From Cycas panzhihuaensis (lineage: Eukaryota; Plantae; Cycadophyta): DNA of 64,000 nt. The position numbers and the translations under genes were made by a program. Location of the stretch: assembly GCA_023213395.1 (NCBI GenBank), contig CM041465.1, positions 191,029,741 through 191,093,740 of the forward strand, given 5' to 3'. The notes beneath the pieces are model-generated. The model was given only the letters and a program-made list of their open reading frames with translations, was not told the origin of the DNA and searched no databases. Positions 49,770-64,000 of this stretch are shown here, in pieces (positions within the stretch are counted from its first letter, which is position 1; the number at the start of each line of letters is the position of its first letter).

Positions 49770-52700
49770 TAATGGTTATGATTATAGTATTACGAGAAAT
49801 ATTTTCAAAAGTAATTATTGATGGAGAAGCAACTATCAATATGTTACCTACTACAACCTAGTGGAAACTAGGGAGCCCTAAATTGGAAGCAACTACCTAC
49901 TCGTTGAAAGTATCAAATGATTTGTTAGTGAGACCACTATAAAACCTATTAAATATGAAGTTGGATGTAGTAAGTACTATAGTAAGAATCAGCTTCATAA
50001 TTTTTAATATAGAAAAAGGAGTTATACAATACCCAGTGCTATTGGGATGATAATGGTTATACAAAGCACAGTGTCTTTAATATTGGAGAGATATAACATT
50101 TATACTTTCAGATGGAGGAAGTAAAGTGATCCTCCTAATGTTGGGAAAAAAAAATCAAGCAAAGTCATACTGGATGATTCTTTAAGCATAACTATTACCA
50201 GTGAAGAGACAACATCTTCTTTTGAGAAAACCAACTTATACCACATAATAGAAGAACTGACAAAGCTGATTAATTCTTAGGAATATGAGACAAACTATTT
50301 CAGAGAAATTTACATCTCTTCTAATGATGAGAGTATGAAAAAATTTGTATACTTTTGGTTGTAATATGCCTATGAGGTTAATCCTCCATCCTATTAGTGC
50401 AAGTTACTTTCTTGATCTATAACTGATGAGATTAACGAAAATTCTAATTTTTTCGATTATATGAGTGTTCATAGTAGTGCAGAAATAAACGTAGAAAATG
50501 GATTAGATAGTATAGTTAGTGTTAATATAGTCCAAACCCTAGACCCTAACCCTAACCCTTCTCTCAACCCTAACTCTTCTTCTAACCATTGTCCCAACAC
50601 CCAAACCCCTCCTAAATTTAACCTTCCCTCTCCCTTTGTTGTGGGTCCCAAGGTAGATTACCCTTCCCTATCCCCATCCCAACTAGAGGAAGGTGGTAAC
50701 AAACCTTCCTCATATTCTTTAGAGGTACATCCACCTAACAAAAGGTCTTCTTTGTATGAGACAATTTTTGGTGCCAATTTTAAGGATGAAAAAGAAGAAA
50801 TGATTAGAAGTGCCTCTAAAGATGTAGGTTTAGGAGATAAAGTGACTATCCCAAAAGATAGAAACCATGGAACATCTACTGGGGATTACGTTAAGCCATT
50901 CCTTAGAGAACAAATTTATGGAACCATTTACCTTATACAATGTATGGAGTATTGGCTATAAGAAAATATAATAAATAAAGTTAAGCAAGAGTTAGATTCT
51001 TTGCTAACGCTAAGAAGGCTAACATAGTACTAGTATTTAGCTCACCAATCCACTTTTTAAAATTGGAAAGATCTACAAACTACTTTTAGGATTCAGTTTG
51101 ACCCTCTCAAACAACTTAATATTTAGTCCTTCTATGTAGGTGATCACCTAAGGAAATATATTTAAAGATGTAAATAAGAATGGACATCCCATAGCCTACC
51201 TAGAAATAATTGGTGTTATTATTTCTTTCATACCTTAGGATGACTAGGGAAAAAATGGATAATAAGGAAAGAAAAAACCTTTGATTCATCATGGAATAAT
51301 TTGAAGGGTTCCTCTATAAAAATATTTTCACATTCCTCTTACAACAAGAAAATTAATAAATTACTCAAATCAATTAGAAAACTAAGCATAAAAGTAGAAT
51401 AGACAAAATCAATGTTATCAGTATGGAAGGAGGAAAGTATGGAGTCTGAGGATAATGAGGAAGAAAAACATAATTATCCTCTAGAATTTATAGAAATCAA
51501 TTATGGCTAAATAGAAATCGAAGACACCCTTGCTCATCATATTAATGAGAATAATAATATTAAAGTAACAATAGTAAAAACTACAAAAGCTAATTTGGGT
51601 AATAAGACATAAAAATATACGTAATGGAAACTACTAAGATGATAAGATAGTGGAGCAATCCCAACAACTATTTAAGAAATATTATGATGATTTCATATGG
51701 TTATATAAGGACCTTAAGGGAATTCCTCTACAAATAGGAATGCATCTTATCGATTTGATCAAAGGTGCCAAATCGGTAAAATAGAGTCCCTACCATATGA
51801 ATCTAAAATATAAGAAAAAAGTGAAAGCTAAATTAGATAAAATGCTAGAGGCTGGATATATCTATAAGTTGACTATAGTGACTAGGTAATCCTTGTGGTA
51901 GTAATTCTGAAGAAAAATGGAAAAATAAGAGTTTGTATGGGTTATAGGCAACTTAACAAAGTGTCAAAGAAAGATCCATTTCCATTGCTATTTATAGAAG
52001 ATGTTTTGGAGATAGTAGGTGGGAATGTAGTATACTCATTCATAGATAGATTTAGTAGGTACAACCAAATTTAGATTGCACAAGAAGATCAAACAAAGAT
52101 GACCTTCATTATAGAATTGGGAACCTATACATATAGGGAAATGCCCTTTGTCCTTACCAATGTGCTAGTCACTTTTCAAAGGATTGTGATAAATATCTTT
52201 CATAAATTAATTAGTCAAAAAGTGGCAATTTTCTTGGATGACTGAACATTATATGGGCTGGAGAAAGATCATATGGATAATCTAAGAAAACTGTTGTAGA
52301 CTTATCAAGAAAATAGTTTTTTTTTAAACCTAAAAAAATGTGCCTTTTTGGTATCAGTCAGTAACCTACTAGGTCATATTATAAGTTGAGATAGATTGTT
52401 GACAAATCTAGCTAAAGTTTTCATAATTTTACATTTCCCAACACCCCTGATAAGAAAATAATTGAAAGGTCTTTTAGGATTAATAGGATATTACAAGAAG
52501 TTTATCAAAGAGTATGCATGTATATCTAGCCCATTGGAGGAATTGTTGAAAAAAATTATGGAATGGGAATGGAATATGGAATAGTAAGATGCTTTTAAAT
52601 CTCTAAAGAAAGCTATTATATCTGCACCAAAACTAAGATTTTTGAATTGGGGAAAGATTTTTCATCTACATTTTGATACGTCATAATATACTATTAGGTG

Positions 52701-54350
52701 CATATTAGCCCAACCCAATAACAACAAGATGGACCATACCATTTACTTCACAAGTAGGAAATTGACAAGAGCAAAGGAAAATTACACCACTATAAAATAT
52801 AAAGGGTAGGGAATGGTGTATGCACTATAAAAATTTTAATACTATTTACTACCTACCCTATTCATATTCTTTGTGGATCATCAAGCCTTAATGTATCTAG
52901 TGAATAAGCTTATAATGAAAGGGAGAATTAGTAGATGGCTGATATTATTTCAAGAATTTACATTCAAGATAATGGTGAAACAAAGAAAAGCCCATATAAT
53001 ACCATATTAGTTATCAAGAATTACTAATAGAGAAAATATGTAGGAGTATTCAATAAATTTTTAGATGCAACACTATTTAATATGGAGAAAGTCTTGATAG
53101 TATGGTATGAAGGAATACTGGAATACCTAGTGATAAGAGAGCTGCCACTAGAAATGGATAGAATTAAGTGAAGGAACTTTATATGTAAGGTAGAATCCTA
53201 TCAATTAATACAAGGAGAACTATATAAATTAGGGCTAGATGAAGCGCTATGTCATTGGGCCAAACCCTATAAAATCAATTAAATCATGTCCTAAACACAT
53301 GAAGGAGTGGTAAGAGGCCATATGGAAAGAAAGGCTACATAGAGGAAGATGTTATTAGCAATATTTTGGTGGCTAAAAATGTTTAAGGATGTGAAGAAAT
53401 GGATACAAAATGTGACTACTATTAGAGAGTGGAGAAACGTAATCGATAGGATTTTCGACCACTTAACATAATCCTGCTCCTTGTACCCTTTGAAAAGTGG
53501 AGACTTAATTTTGTTAGTCTAATCAAACTGGTTTCTTGATGCTCTCAAACTTGATATACCTTGGTAGCAACTGATTATATAAAAAAGTGGGTAAAAGCAT
53601 GACTACTTTGGAAAGTAGATTTAGAAAGAATAATGTGATTTTTATATGAAGTAATCATAACACACTTTATATGCCCATTGGAGATCATGAATAACCAAGG
53701 GGCTTATTTACTTAACCAAACCACAGAGATTCTGACATCCACCTTTATGATCAACCACTAGAAATCTATACCATACTATTTATGAGCAAACGGATAAGCA
53801 AAATTTCTAACAAAATTATAGAAAATTGCTTAAGGAAAATCTATGATGTAGGAAGATCTAACTAGGCTAAGAAGTTACCATCAGTGTTATGAGCTTTCAA
53901 GACAACATATAAATGGTCAATGGGACAAACACCCTTCTAACTAGTTTATAAGATCGAATCTATTCTTCCTATTGAATTTGAGATTCTGAGATTAAGAGTA
54001 GTTATGCAATGTCGATTAGATGATTTCCATGTTATACATAAAAGACTAAAGTATTTAATAAGAATAGAGGAACAAATACATATGGCCAAATGGTTATAAG
54101 ATATAAAGAAGACATGATAAAAAGCATGTCATAATTACGATCTAAGGACACCATAGTTTACAGAAGGTGGTTAAGTATTATTATATGATAGTAAGTTCAA
54201 AACACACCCAGGGAAATTATAAATGGAATAGTTGGGACCTTATATCATCAATAAAATCTTTAGAAATGATTTAGTATAACTTCATGAGATTAATGGACCA
54301 TAGTTATCAACTCTAGTAAATGGTATCCAATTGAAACCCTATAATAACTA
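49770..54350 (+). pseudogene. pol: pol of E (PR, long linker, RT, RH, INT)
   Basis: IIDGEATINML, YPVLLG; KKDPFPLLFI, FSRYNQI, IFLDD; IYFTSRKL; PFEKW, LVATDY, GPY, VNG..LKPY. Confidence 0.9.
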
Positions 54351-54364
54351 GGGTATGTCAATCT

Positions 54365-54825
54365 TAAAAGGGGATCAAGGTCTACCTAGTTTACAACCCA
54401 GGTTCAAGACTTATTACACCCTCAAATGCATTCATAAAATAATCAAACAAAAAGAAAGGGAGTTTGCCATAATGCTCTAAAGTATATCCCTACATTAACA
54501 TATGAAAAATTGAAGTACATGAGATAAAAAAGAACTATATATAAGTCTCACATAAAGAACAAAAGAGGTTGTTACAAAGTTCAATGAGAATATTAACATA
54601 GGATCATGCAAGGTGATAATTGGCACCCTGCATGATTAAATTAACTTATGACTATTATATATTAAGGATAAATCAACCCCCGCATACCTAGATTCATAAT
54701 ATTAAGTTATGACTAGCCCTTTTATGATAATAATATGCTCAACATATATTATATACAAGGATTACATTATAATTACAAATCATCTTTCGATGAATTAATA
54801 AAATACATCATTAATTCTTCTATCA
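54365..54825 (-). repeat. 3' LTR of copia
   Basis: Aligns with 60978-61439, roughly 85% identical by eye, mostly transitions. Confidence 0.95.
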
Positions 54826-54849
54826 CCCTTCCTTAATGATGAGTTCATT

Positions 54850-57800
54850 AATTTTAACACTAAAGCCAAGTTAAAACCTTTTGAATTTGTCATGAGAGTG
54901 CTTTTATGAAGATATTTATAATCTAATCTTTAATAGGCTTGTAGATTAAATCTATATCACCATCTTGTACATGCTCCCTAATGAAGTGATGGTGAACCTC
55001 AATATTTTTTGTTCTATCATGGAACACAAGATTCTTGGTCAATTTAAGAACACTTTAATTATTACAAAATAGTGGTGTAGCTTATGTCTAACTAATTCTA
55101 AGCTCTTCAAGAATCCTTCTAAGCTAAATAGTAGTAATAACTTTACTAATAGTAGCTTTATACTCAGGTTTAATTGAAGATAGGGTGATATTAGGCTACT
55201 CTTTATAGGACCATGAAACTGAAGTAAAACCTAGGTTAAAATAGTAGACTAAGGTTGATCTATGACTATCTTTACATCCAACCCAAACTACATCTATGTA
55301 ACTTATCAATAAAGGATTTTCACATGATTGTAATCAAGTCCAAACTAAAGAGTACCCTAAAGATATTTTAGCATCCTTATTTGTACTTTCCAATGTGAAA
55401 TTTTAGTTTGTGTAATAAACCTAAAATAGATCCCAACAGCATAAGTAATGTCTAGTCAAGTATGAATAAGGTAAATTAATTTCCCTATAAGTTTTCTATA
55501 CAATGTTAGATCCATAGGTTTTTTACACTTATCAATGTCTAATTTTAGACTTATTTTAATAGGAGTTAGTGATGGTTTACATTCATCCATCCCATTTTTG
55601 AAGAATTTCCTTTATATATTTTAACTATGAAAGGAAAATATGACCTAACTCTTACCAGACTTCCATCCTAAGAAAATAATGAAGTAACTTGAGGTCAGTC
55701 ATCTCAAAGCTACTTTTCAGTTCTCCCTGGAGATGTGTAATCCATTGTATGTTACTGTTAGTTATCAATAAATCATCAACATAAAGTATAGCTATAGTGA
55801 TTAAACCATTATGGATTTTGATATATAGATTTGAATCTAAAGATGAGCAGATGAGTCTATGCTTCTAAAAGTATTCCTTAATCTTCATGTACCAAGCACA
55901 AGGTGATTATTTAAGGCCATACAATGCTCTTTTTAGTTTATAGACTAGGTGTTCTTTTCCATGAATAATAATGTTAGAAGGCTAATTTATATAGATTTCT
56001 TCTTATAAGTCACCATTTAAGAAGGAACATTTTACATCTATTTGGTATACATGCTATTTGAATTGAGCTATAAGTGCTAAAATAAGCCCAACAATGGACA
56101 TGTTGGTAACTGGTGTAAATATATCATTATAATTAATACCTTCAACCTATTTAAAACCTTTGGCAACCAAACTGACTTTATGTCACTAAATAGATCCATC
56201 TACGTGAAATTTTATTTTATAAATCCATCTACAATCAATCAATTTCTTCCCTCCAAATAGCTTAATAAGATCCTAAGTATCATTTTGTATGATATAATCC
56301 ATTTCTTCAGCCATTGCTACTTGCCATTTTAGATCTACAATAGCTTTCTAAAAAATAGAGGGTTCGGGAGTTGACAACACTTGTGCCATTAAGGATAAGT
56401 TAGTGGATAACCTATATTTTGATTATCTCTTAATTTTTTGTGGTGGTAAAGGAGTAGAAGAGATCATTTATATGTACCATTTAGGTAACTGCTTTGAAGT
56501 AGGCTCATCTTGAATATCCTTTAAAGGACTAATAGAAGTGGATGTAGAAGTAGAGGCAAGTGGTAGATGAGGAACCAAGACTAAATGTTGATGCTAGAGG
56601 CATGTGTCCTAAAGGGATATTTTATGGAGTATGAGGAGCAACCAATGATTTATCTAACTAATCATCAAAGAGTAAAATCTGATTAATGTCCAAATGCTAA
56701 TTCTCTTTTGAGAATATGACATGTTGAGATTTATGTATTTAGTTGGTGGTAGGATTATATAATTTATATGCTTTATAGCCAGGTTGATAACCAATAAAGA
56801 TATATTTCCTACTTTTATCGTCCAACCATTTCCTCTAGTCTTTTGGTATTAGCATATATACTATATAACCAAAAGTATGCAAATATAAGACTATAGGTTT
56901 TTTACTTGACTAGGCCTCCTTAGGAGGAATATTTAATACAACCTTGGTCAAACTTTTATTTATGAGATATGTTGTTGTATGAAGTGCTTCAACCCAAAAT
57001 TAAAGTCCTAAACTCTTAGTAGTTAGTATGGCTTTCTTTTGTTGACCAAGGTCCAATTCATTCACTTAGCAACTCCATATTGTTGAGGGGTATATGGGGC
57101 AAAAACTATTGTTTAATGTTATTATCCTTACAGAATTGGATAGACTCATTTGATGTGTATTTACCTTTATTATCACAATGAAGGATTTTTAGTGGCCTTC
57201 TAAATTCAATTCCTATGCAATGTTTAAACTCTTTAAATTTGTCAAAGACTTCTAATTTATGTTTCATGAAATATACCCATACTTTTTTTGAGTAGTCATT
57301 AAGGAATGTGATAAAAAATGACAACCTCTAATAGATGCTTGAGACATGGGCCCATAGATGTCTAAATGTACTAAGCCTAAAGGTTCCTTGACATGCCAAA
57401 CTCTTCCATTTAACTTAAAAGGAGCCCAATGATATTTGCCCATAATGCAGGACTCACAAATGAACTTAGACTACTTTATATTCACTATACCATGCACCAT
57501 ATTCAATTTATAAAGTAGATGAAGGTTGCCTATATTCAAGTGACCTAGGCATTAATGCCATAATTGGTCTTTTTAAATTTTAGAAGAAACATATGTCTGT
57601 GAAGTAAATTGATCATCTAAATTTGATGTTGAAATAGAAGAATTAGAAGTTAAAGTTGAATTGCTACAAGAACCAAATTTATATGTATGGATCAATGGTT
57701 AGTCATAACATTGAGCTTGTAAAGTCCCTAATCTTCGTATCCTAAGGCAATTAAGTTGCCATTCAGATATCTAATTAGGCATTTTCCAAGATGGATAAAC

Positions 57801-59143
57801 AAAACATCAAAGTTTTATTTATTTATTTGGCTAACCAAAAGTAAGTTGTGTGTCATGACAAGTACATAGAAAATATTATTGAGATGATGAGGAGTGCCAT
57901 AATTCTTTAGTGAAATAAGGACATTACTAATCTTGGTAACCCCTAAAATACCATCATCTTCAAAAGTGATAGATTGATCATTAATCAATCTTATATCAGT
58001 AAGGAGTTCTTTTGAACATGTCATGTGTTGAGAAGCACCTAAATCGATCAACTAAGAGATGTCAGAATGATAGGATGATAAAGCAACAAAGAAAAGATTT
58101 TGAGAGTCAGCCATATGGTCTCCTTGATTTTGTATGTGGTTGTGATTCCTATTCAGTTAGTTCCTCTGAGGAGCATTTTAATTTTGTCTCCTCGATCCTT
58201 GGTAATTTGGTTGATTTTATCTCTAAGGTCCCTAATGATTTCCATGTCTATGAGTTTGATTATCCCACATAGTAGGGTAATTCTAAAATTATTGTTACTA
58301 AAGGTCAACTCCCTTTTTCCTATAGTTAGGTGCTATGTGTCCAAGTTTGCCATAATAATGATAAACAACTTGAGGATTATAAGTTGTTCGAGATTGTCAT
58401 GGATGATAAAGCTACTGATTAGGCTATTGATTCAAATTTATTAAGCCAAATTGATGTGTCAATTATGGGAATTGTGATCTTCCTCTATGTTAGGCTACAA
58501 ATGTTAGTGTGGAAGAGGAAGCATTAGGATTCCCTAAACAGTTCAAAATACTTTCTTCTAAGAATGGTCAACCTTTGAAATCAATGGTAGAAAGTTAATC
58601 TATATATAATAGATTAGATGTGATGGAATCCTAACCAGGTGGTAAAATAGTAATAATGTAAGATATAAGATCATTGTCCTATGGTGGCTAGCCCATCATT
58701 ATCAACTAGTTCTTAATCACCTTAATCTAGGATAAATAAGTTGTTATAGATCCTACAAGAAGAACGGGTTAAAGCTAAGCTTTGAGCATCACTACCTTAA
58801 TATTATCCTTCCTCTCATAAAGTGCACAAATGATGTTCCAAGTATCTATAGAGGTAGGGGTAAGTTTTATATTATGGTCAATATTATCCTCACAAGATAG
58901 GTGTAAAAAAGAAAGGGCAACTTCATAAAACTCTTTAAAGGCAACTACAACATCAAGATCATGAGGAATAAGATTATCAGGATCATTGGGATCTTTAATA
59001 GGAATTGCCATAGTAATTTTTCTAGAAATAAAAGACTAAAGTTCATTTATAATTAGAATGTTCTTGACTTATTTCTTCTAGGCCAAGAAATTATCACTAC
59101 CAAATAGTTTAATAATATTAGCTATAATCATTTGAAGTTCCAT
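54850..59143 (-). pseudogene. pol: Copia gag-pol, many stops
   Basis: IDLGASQHMT; FITFLNDYSKKVWVY; KKALYGLK; LYVDDLL; VFHDRTKNIEVHHHFIRE. Confidence 0.92.
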
Positions 59144-60977
59144 GATGACTGATATGTGTCCTATCTACTTAGAAAGGTGATCTAATCTAGGATTTAAGTC
59201 TTAGTGTCTCCACTTCTAAATAACCCTTGGTAGTTGAGAAAGCCATATCTAATGGTATACCTACTTACAATTGGTAGCTCAAGGACCTAATATACCTAAA
59301 GGTATATGGGTGCTACAGAAGGCTTGGCCACCCCTTGACCGCCTATGCTGAATTTATAGCTTGAATGACAGATCCTCATCTAAGGGCACACTTACAACCA
59401 AGGTTCTCACCACCTCTAGGTCTAGTCTATTCTCTATACTCCAAGGTTTTGGGTATAAAAACTCAGCCTACTACTAATTATACTTGATAGCTAGTAGGCA
59501 GTATCCAAAGAATTCGAGAAGGACCTCTAACATGTGCAGAGTGGTAACTTTAGGGATCCTAACTATTCCACTTACAAGGTTAGTAATCAAGTGGTTCATT
59601 AGGTTTTTTTTTTTTAATATTTTTTAATTAATTTTTAAAAATATTTTATAATTAATAGATTTATTTTTATATTTTAAGTAGAAAAATAAGAAAAAAGCCC
59701 TTACAAAACTTAAAAATTACTTAAAATATATTAGAAGTGGGCCTAAAAAAGCTTTAAAAATGATTAAAAAATAATAAAAAGGTAACTTTAGGTTAGAGAC
59801 CTAAAAAGTAGAATATTATATAAATTTGTTAATCTATATAACCTAAAGTTTCTAAACTTTATAAAAAATTAAATCAGGTGGCTAGAATTTAAGAAAATAA
59901 TAGAATAGATTAGATACAAGAGGTTGGATCTTTATGTAGAAGCAATAAAATTTTAATTTGTCTTCTCCATTATAAAGATGACTTTACCAAGGTTAGATTA
60001 AGTGGTCATATAACAGTTTCTCTAGACCAATAGTGTGTAGGAGTTATATGAAGTCTGAAACTCTATTCAAATCCCCATATTAAAGTAGATTAGTAAAATG
60101 GAAGTAAACAAATCTTTGTTTTTTCCTCTATTTATCTCTGGATTACCTTTGAGTTGTCTTTGAATCTTTTGCATCCCATTACAAATTAATATGAGTTGTA
60201 TGGTATGAAAACTAGGTGCATAAATAGTAGCCATACATGAATAAAAAGATGACTACACAGTAATCGTGAGACAGCCATACAGATGTAAAATAAGGAGAAA
60301 TGGCCATATAACTAATAGGCAAGATGATAGGCTAGTAGCATTATGAAAACGCAGAGATTGCCACACCAAAAACAAAGACACATAGTGCAAAAAGGAGGCC
60401 ATGTAAGGCTAGTTGAGTCTACAAATAGTCAGGGACTAATCACACAAAGGCCAAAGATAAGCTAGTAGAAAAACACCAAGACTATGCACTAAACAAAATA
60501 AAGTTATAAATATTACATCTATATAGTTTTACAGATGTCTTATAAAAACCAATGATGATTTCTTTAGGCTATTAAAATATAACTAGCAGATAATTGTTTT
60601 AAGCTATCAAATGTAACCATCAAATGATTCTTTTAGGCTTATTAAAATACAACCATCTGACCATGAGAAATGCATTTATAAATCAGATTTTAAATGTAAA
60701 TGCAACTAACAGGTGATTTATTAGGGCTATAAATCATATATCTTAAATAATGCAGCCTGTAGATGACACGTTTAGGCTATGAAGCACAGATCTTAAAAAA
60801 TGTAGCCTACAAATAATACAATAGAAGCTTTGATTTAATTAATAAATCAAAGGAAATAGTAGAGGCATATTAACCAATTAAATATAATCTTCAATGGTTA
60901 GCTACAAAGGGTAAATAGTAAAGAAGGTTGGCTAGAATTTGGGTGAAAACTTAGTTGAAATTGGCTATGATACTAAG

Positions 60978-61439
60978 TGAAAGGGGATAAAGGTCTACCT
61001 AGTTTACAACCCAAGTTTGAGACTTATTACACCCTTAAATGCATTTACAATACAATCAAACAAAAAGCAAGGGAATTTATCATAATGCTCCAAAGTGTAT
61101 GCTTGCATTAACATATGAAAATTTGTAGTACGTGAGATAATAAAGGATTCTATAAAAGTCTTGCATAACGAACAAAAGAGGTTGTTATAAAGTGTAATGA
61201 GAATGTTAATGTAGGATCATGCAAGGTGGTAGTTGACACCTTGCATGATTAAACTAACTTATGAGTATTACATATTGAGGACAAATCAACCCCCACACAC
61301 CTAGGTTTATAATATTAAGTTGTGACTAACCATGTTTATGATAATAATGCCCTCAATATATACTATGTACAAATATTACATTAATAATACAAATGATCCT
61401 TCAATGAATTAGTGAAATACATCATTAATTCTTCTATCA
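60978..61439 (-). repeat. 5' LTR of copia
   Basis: TGATAGAAG...CCTTTCA, followed by TAGTATCATAGC (decayed TGGTATCAGAGC). Confidence 0.95.
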
Positions 61440-62169
61440 AATCTACTAGAGGAATCAACCAGTTATACCATTACACATTACTTAAAGTTGGAGATAATCA
61501 AGGTTGCCTTGATATTAAAGCATGATTCTAATCTAGTATGTAAATGAAAAAAATACAAAAAATAAAAAGAAAAAATTAAAATTAGTTTAGAAAACCATAA
61601 CTTATTATATATTTAAGCAATATGGTAAAACAAGGTGGGGTTGGAGGGGGGGTTGTGAGAGAAAGCAAGAATTATTATAGTGGAAAAATGGCATAAAAGT
61701 GGAATAGCAAGCAAGAAAATAGAAAAAAGAAAAAAAACATATTAAAAAAGATAAATTTTAGTATATATACTTGTTAGTTATACTATACATACCAGAAAAG
61801 TATGTTAATAGCTACATAGGGATAAAAAAGTATGAAAAGTATTAAAATACACTATATGTACCAAAAACATATGTTATCAAAGTGTGTAGAGAATAAAGAA
61901 TAGAAAAGTACCAAATATATTATGCATACGTATAAGCATTCTCACATAGCATGCAAAACAAAAACAAAGATTGTATGTATTAAATTCTCTAATTGAGTAC
62001 TAATTTACTAGAGGAGAAAGTCAAGGAAGCAATTAGAGCTTTTTCAAGGACAAAGATCAAGCATTCCAGTGGAGGGAAGTGATACATTCCTAGATGGTAT
62101 GCATTTAGGGTTTCCATAATCATTCTCCTTATAAGTTCTTATATTGCTTCTTCTTTTTCTATTTTGTGT

Positions 62170-62900
62170 CTAAAATGAAGACGACAGGGTGCCAAGAGAC
62201 ATTTCTACCCATTGTGTTTAAAGAAAAGTTAAGCAAGTAGGGTGGGGAGAATATATATACCTAAGCTTATTATATTAGGATCCATAGTTAATAGAGAGTA
62301 TATTAATGGAATTCAAAAAATATATGAAGCAAATTAAGCTTGATACAGGTATTATTCATCAAATTATAGGGCTTCCCAATGAGGGATAGGTCTCATCATC
62401 TACTAAATAGATAAAGGTAGACCATGAGACTTAGCTAAGAGAATATTGCCAAGAAAATACATAAATTCTATTAAGAGGAATATAGGTTATGGACATCAAA
62501 GACATGAGGCTATAGTAGGTGACCAAAATCATAAACATAAGATTCTTATCCAAAAGTAAATATACATATATTCTAAGGGGAATAATGCTAATATTGCTAA
62601 AAATCTGTGATGGAGAATAACTAAATTATTCTAAATTTTTAGTAGGTGATAACACCCCTTTAGACATCCTCCCTTATTACTTATAATGTTCCTTTAATAG
62701 TGCCCAAGAGTACAACCTCCCCAAACACCTATTTGCCCACATAAACTATTAATCAAATAGTGGATACATGCCTTTCCAAAAAACACCCAAGACATGGAGA
62801 TGAAGCAAAGGGTAAAGCAAGAAATAACAAAAATTCTAAAATGGTTATAACAGATACTTGGTGCCTCTATTCCACACCATACTAAGCAAGTGATACATAG
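62170..62900 (+). pseudogene. Decayed additional ORF downstream of E integrase (possibly PMD-related)
   Basis: QIKLDTGIIHQIIGLPNEG at 62330-62386 resembles the I...I..ITGLP..G motif of plant transposon extra ORFs. Confidence 0.45.
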
Positions 62901-63299
62901 GAGTACAAAAGGAAATGAGACATAGAGGAATAAGAGGAAGAGGTTAAAATAGAAGCTTCACTAGAAGAATGGGAATAATTTCCTCCTATAATAGAGATAG
63001 GGAAAATTTCCTTTCAACCCTCCCAAGCAAAAGGCAAAGTACAACAGATTTTTCATATGCTCAAGGAATTGGAAGTAGGATATAAGATAGAAATAACTAC
63101 CCTATAAGAGAAAATTAAGGAAAAAGATATCATCATTATAACCCTTAATCAAATAAATGAAGAAATACTAGTAGCATGTGATGTAGCAATAGAGCAAAGG
63201 CAATAAGGATAGCCTTAGGATAAAGTATGAGAGAAGAACACCAAAATTTTAAAATTTTAGAGTAAGGATGTTAAATCCTTGTTATTATCCTAGGATATA

Positions 63300-63846
63300 T
63301 GTTGGGGTTATTTTTGGCATGTATGACATTTTAGACCATGGAAAATTAAGAATGCATGCTTGTACTAATATGGAGAATGCATAAAGTTGATAGACCATAC
63401 AGAGGTATGCATGTAACGAATCTAACAAAAATTCCAAAAAACATACTCTTAGGGTATGCAATATAAGATATATACCTTCAAGTATGCTTACAAATAGGAA
63501 TACATCAAGAATACATAAAAGGATATGCACAATATGAAAGAGGTTAAAGTATCAAGGTCATTTATGTAGATTAATTATGTGACCTTAGGATATATTATTA
63601 GCATTAGTCTCTTAATGAAATGCACTTTATGTGCATTTAGATGTAATTTTGGGTTTATGTCATTAGGTGGGAAAATTCTAACCCTAATGCTTACCCTCAA
63701 TAATAAAAGGTAAAATCTCAAAGAGGGAGTCATTCTTCATTCTCACTTCCAATCTTGGTCTCATATCTTGTTTCATCTTCTTTTTCATTCTCCATTGTCA
63801 TTGTGTGCATGTGAGTGATTTATCTCCTAGATCCATCCTTCCTTCA
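63300..63846 (+). repeat. 5' LTR of a new LTR element running off the window
   Basis: TG..CA, immediately followed by a Met PBS. Confidence 0.85.
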
Positions 63847-63848
63847 TG

Positions 63849-63860
63849 TGGTATCAGAGC
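63849..63860 (+). promoter_or_regulatory. tRNA-iMet primer-binding site
   Basis: TGGTATCAGAGC, 2 nt after the LTR CA. Confidence 0.93.
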
Positions 63861-64000
63861 TAGAAGGGGATCTATTCACTCCATTCCACTTGCATGGAAT
63901 CATTTTGCCTCTCCTTCACTTTTAATGTGAAGTATTAAGAGTGCATCCATCATTTTTTTAACATTTTGAGAGCTCAAAATTATAGTACTTTGTATGTTGC

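Larger units (their letters stand above)
54365..61439 (-). mobile_element. Full-length decayed Ty1/copia element
   Basis: Two ~461-bp LTRs, perfect TSD AATCT (54360-54364, 61440-61444), decayed Met PBS 60964-60975, PPT 54826-54836, gag-PR-INT-RT-RH order. Confidence 0.95.
47420..63299 (+). mobile_element. E: old non-chromovirus (Athila-like) gypsy internal region, interrupted by copia
   Basis: gag, protease, RT, RH, INT in gypsy order; 3' region resumes after the copia TSD. LTR assignment uncertain. Confidence 0.8.

Noticed and set aside
50530-50575. Interstitial telomeric repeats (AACCCT)
   Set aside because: Only a few imperfect units, encoding a Pro/Asn-rich linker inside pol.

Overview
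Plant heterochromatin-type window with no recognisable host gene; features point to a gymnosperm-like non-angiosperm host (inference). It is a nested stack of retroelements. Four related Ty3/gypsy Tat-type copies are present: E1 1-8484 (+), A 8485-22365 (-), B 22366-31745 (-) and C 35370-43129 (+). Each carries a stand-alone archaeal-type RNase H (aRH) ORF in the 3' region. A, B and C also carry an antisense, intron-containing plant-mobile-domain (PMD)-like gene. Other elements are a young full-length L1 LINE with RNase H and a 16-bp TSD (8706-15085), two Ty1/copia elements (one full-length with TSD, 54365-61439), two more gypsy remnants (D, E), and a solo LTR containing a small Helitron/Helentron-like insertion. 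Most sequence is heavily C-to-T decayed; E1, the LINE and the 45.3-45.6 kb insertion keep their CpGs and look young. The most interesting signal is the Tat 3' accessory module: aRH, a spliced antisense PMD gene, a fixed-position 16-18 nt motif amplified into a repeat/spacer array in B, and subfamily-specific motifs shared between LTR and PMD 5' region. All alignments and translations were done by eye; no database searches were run.
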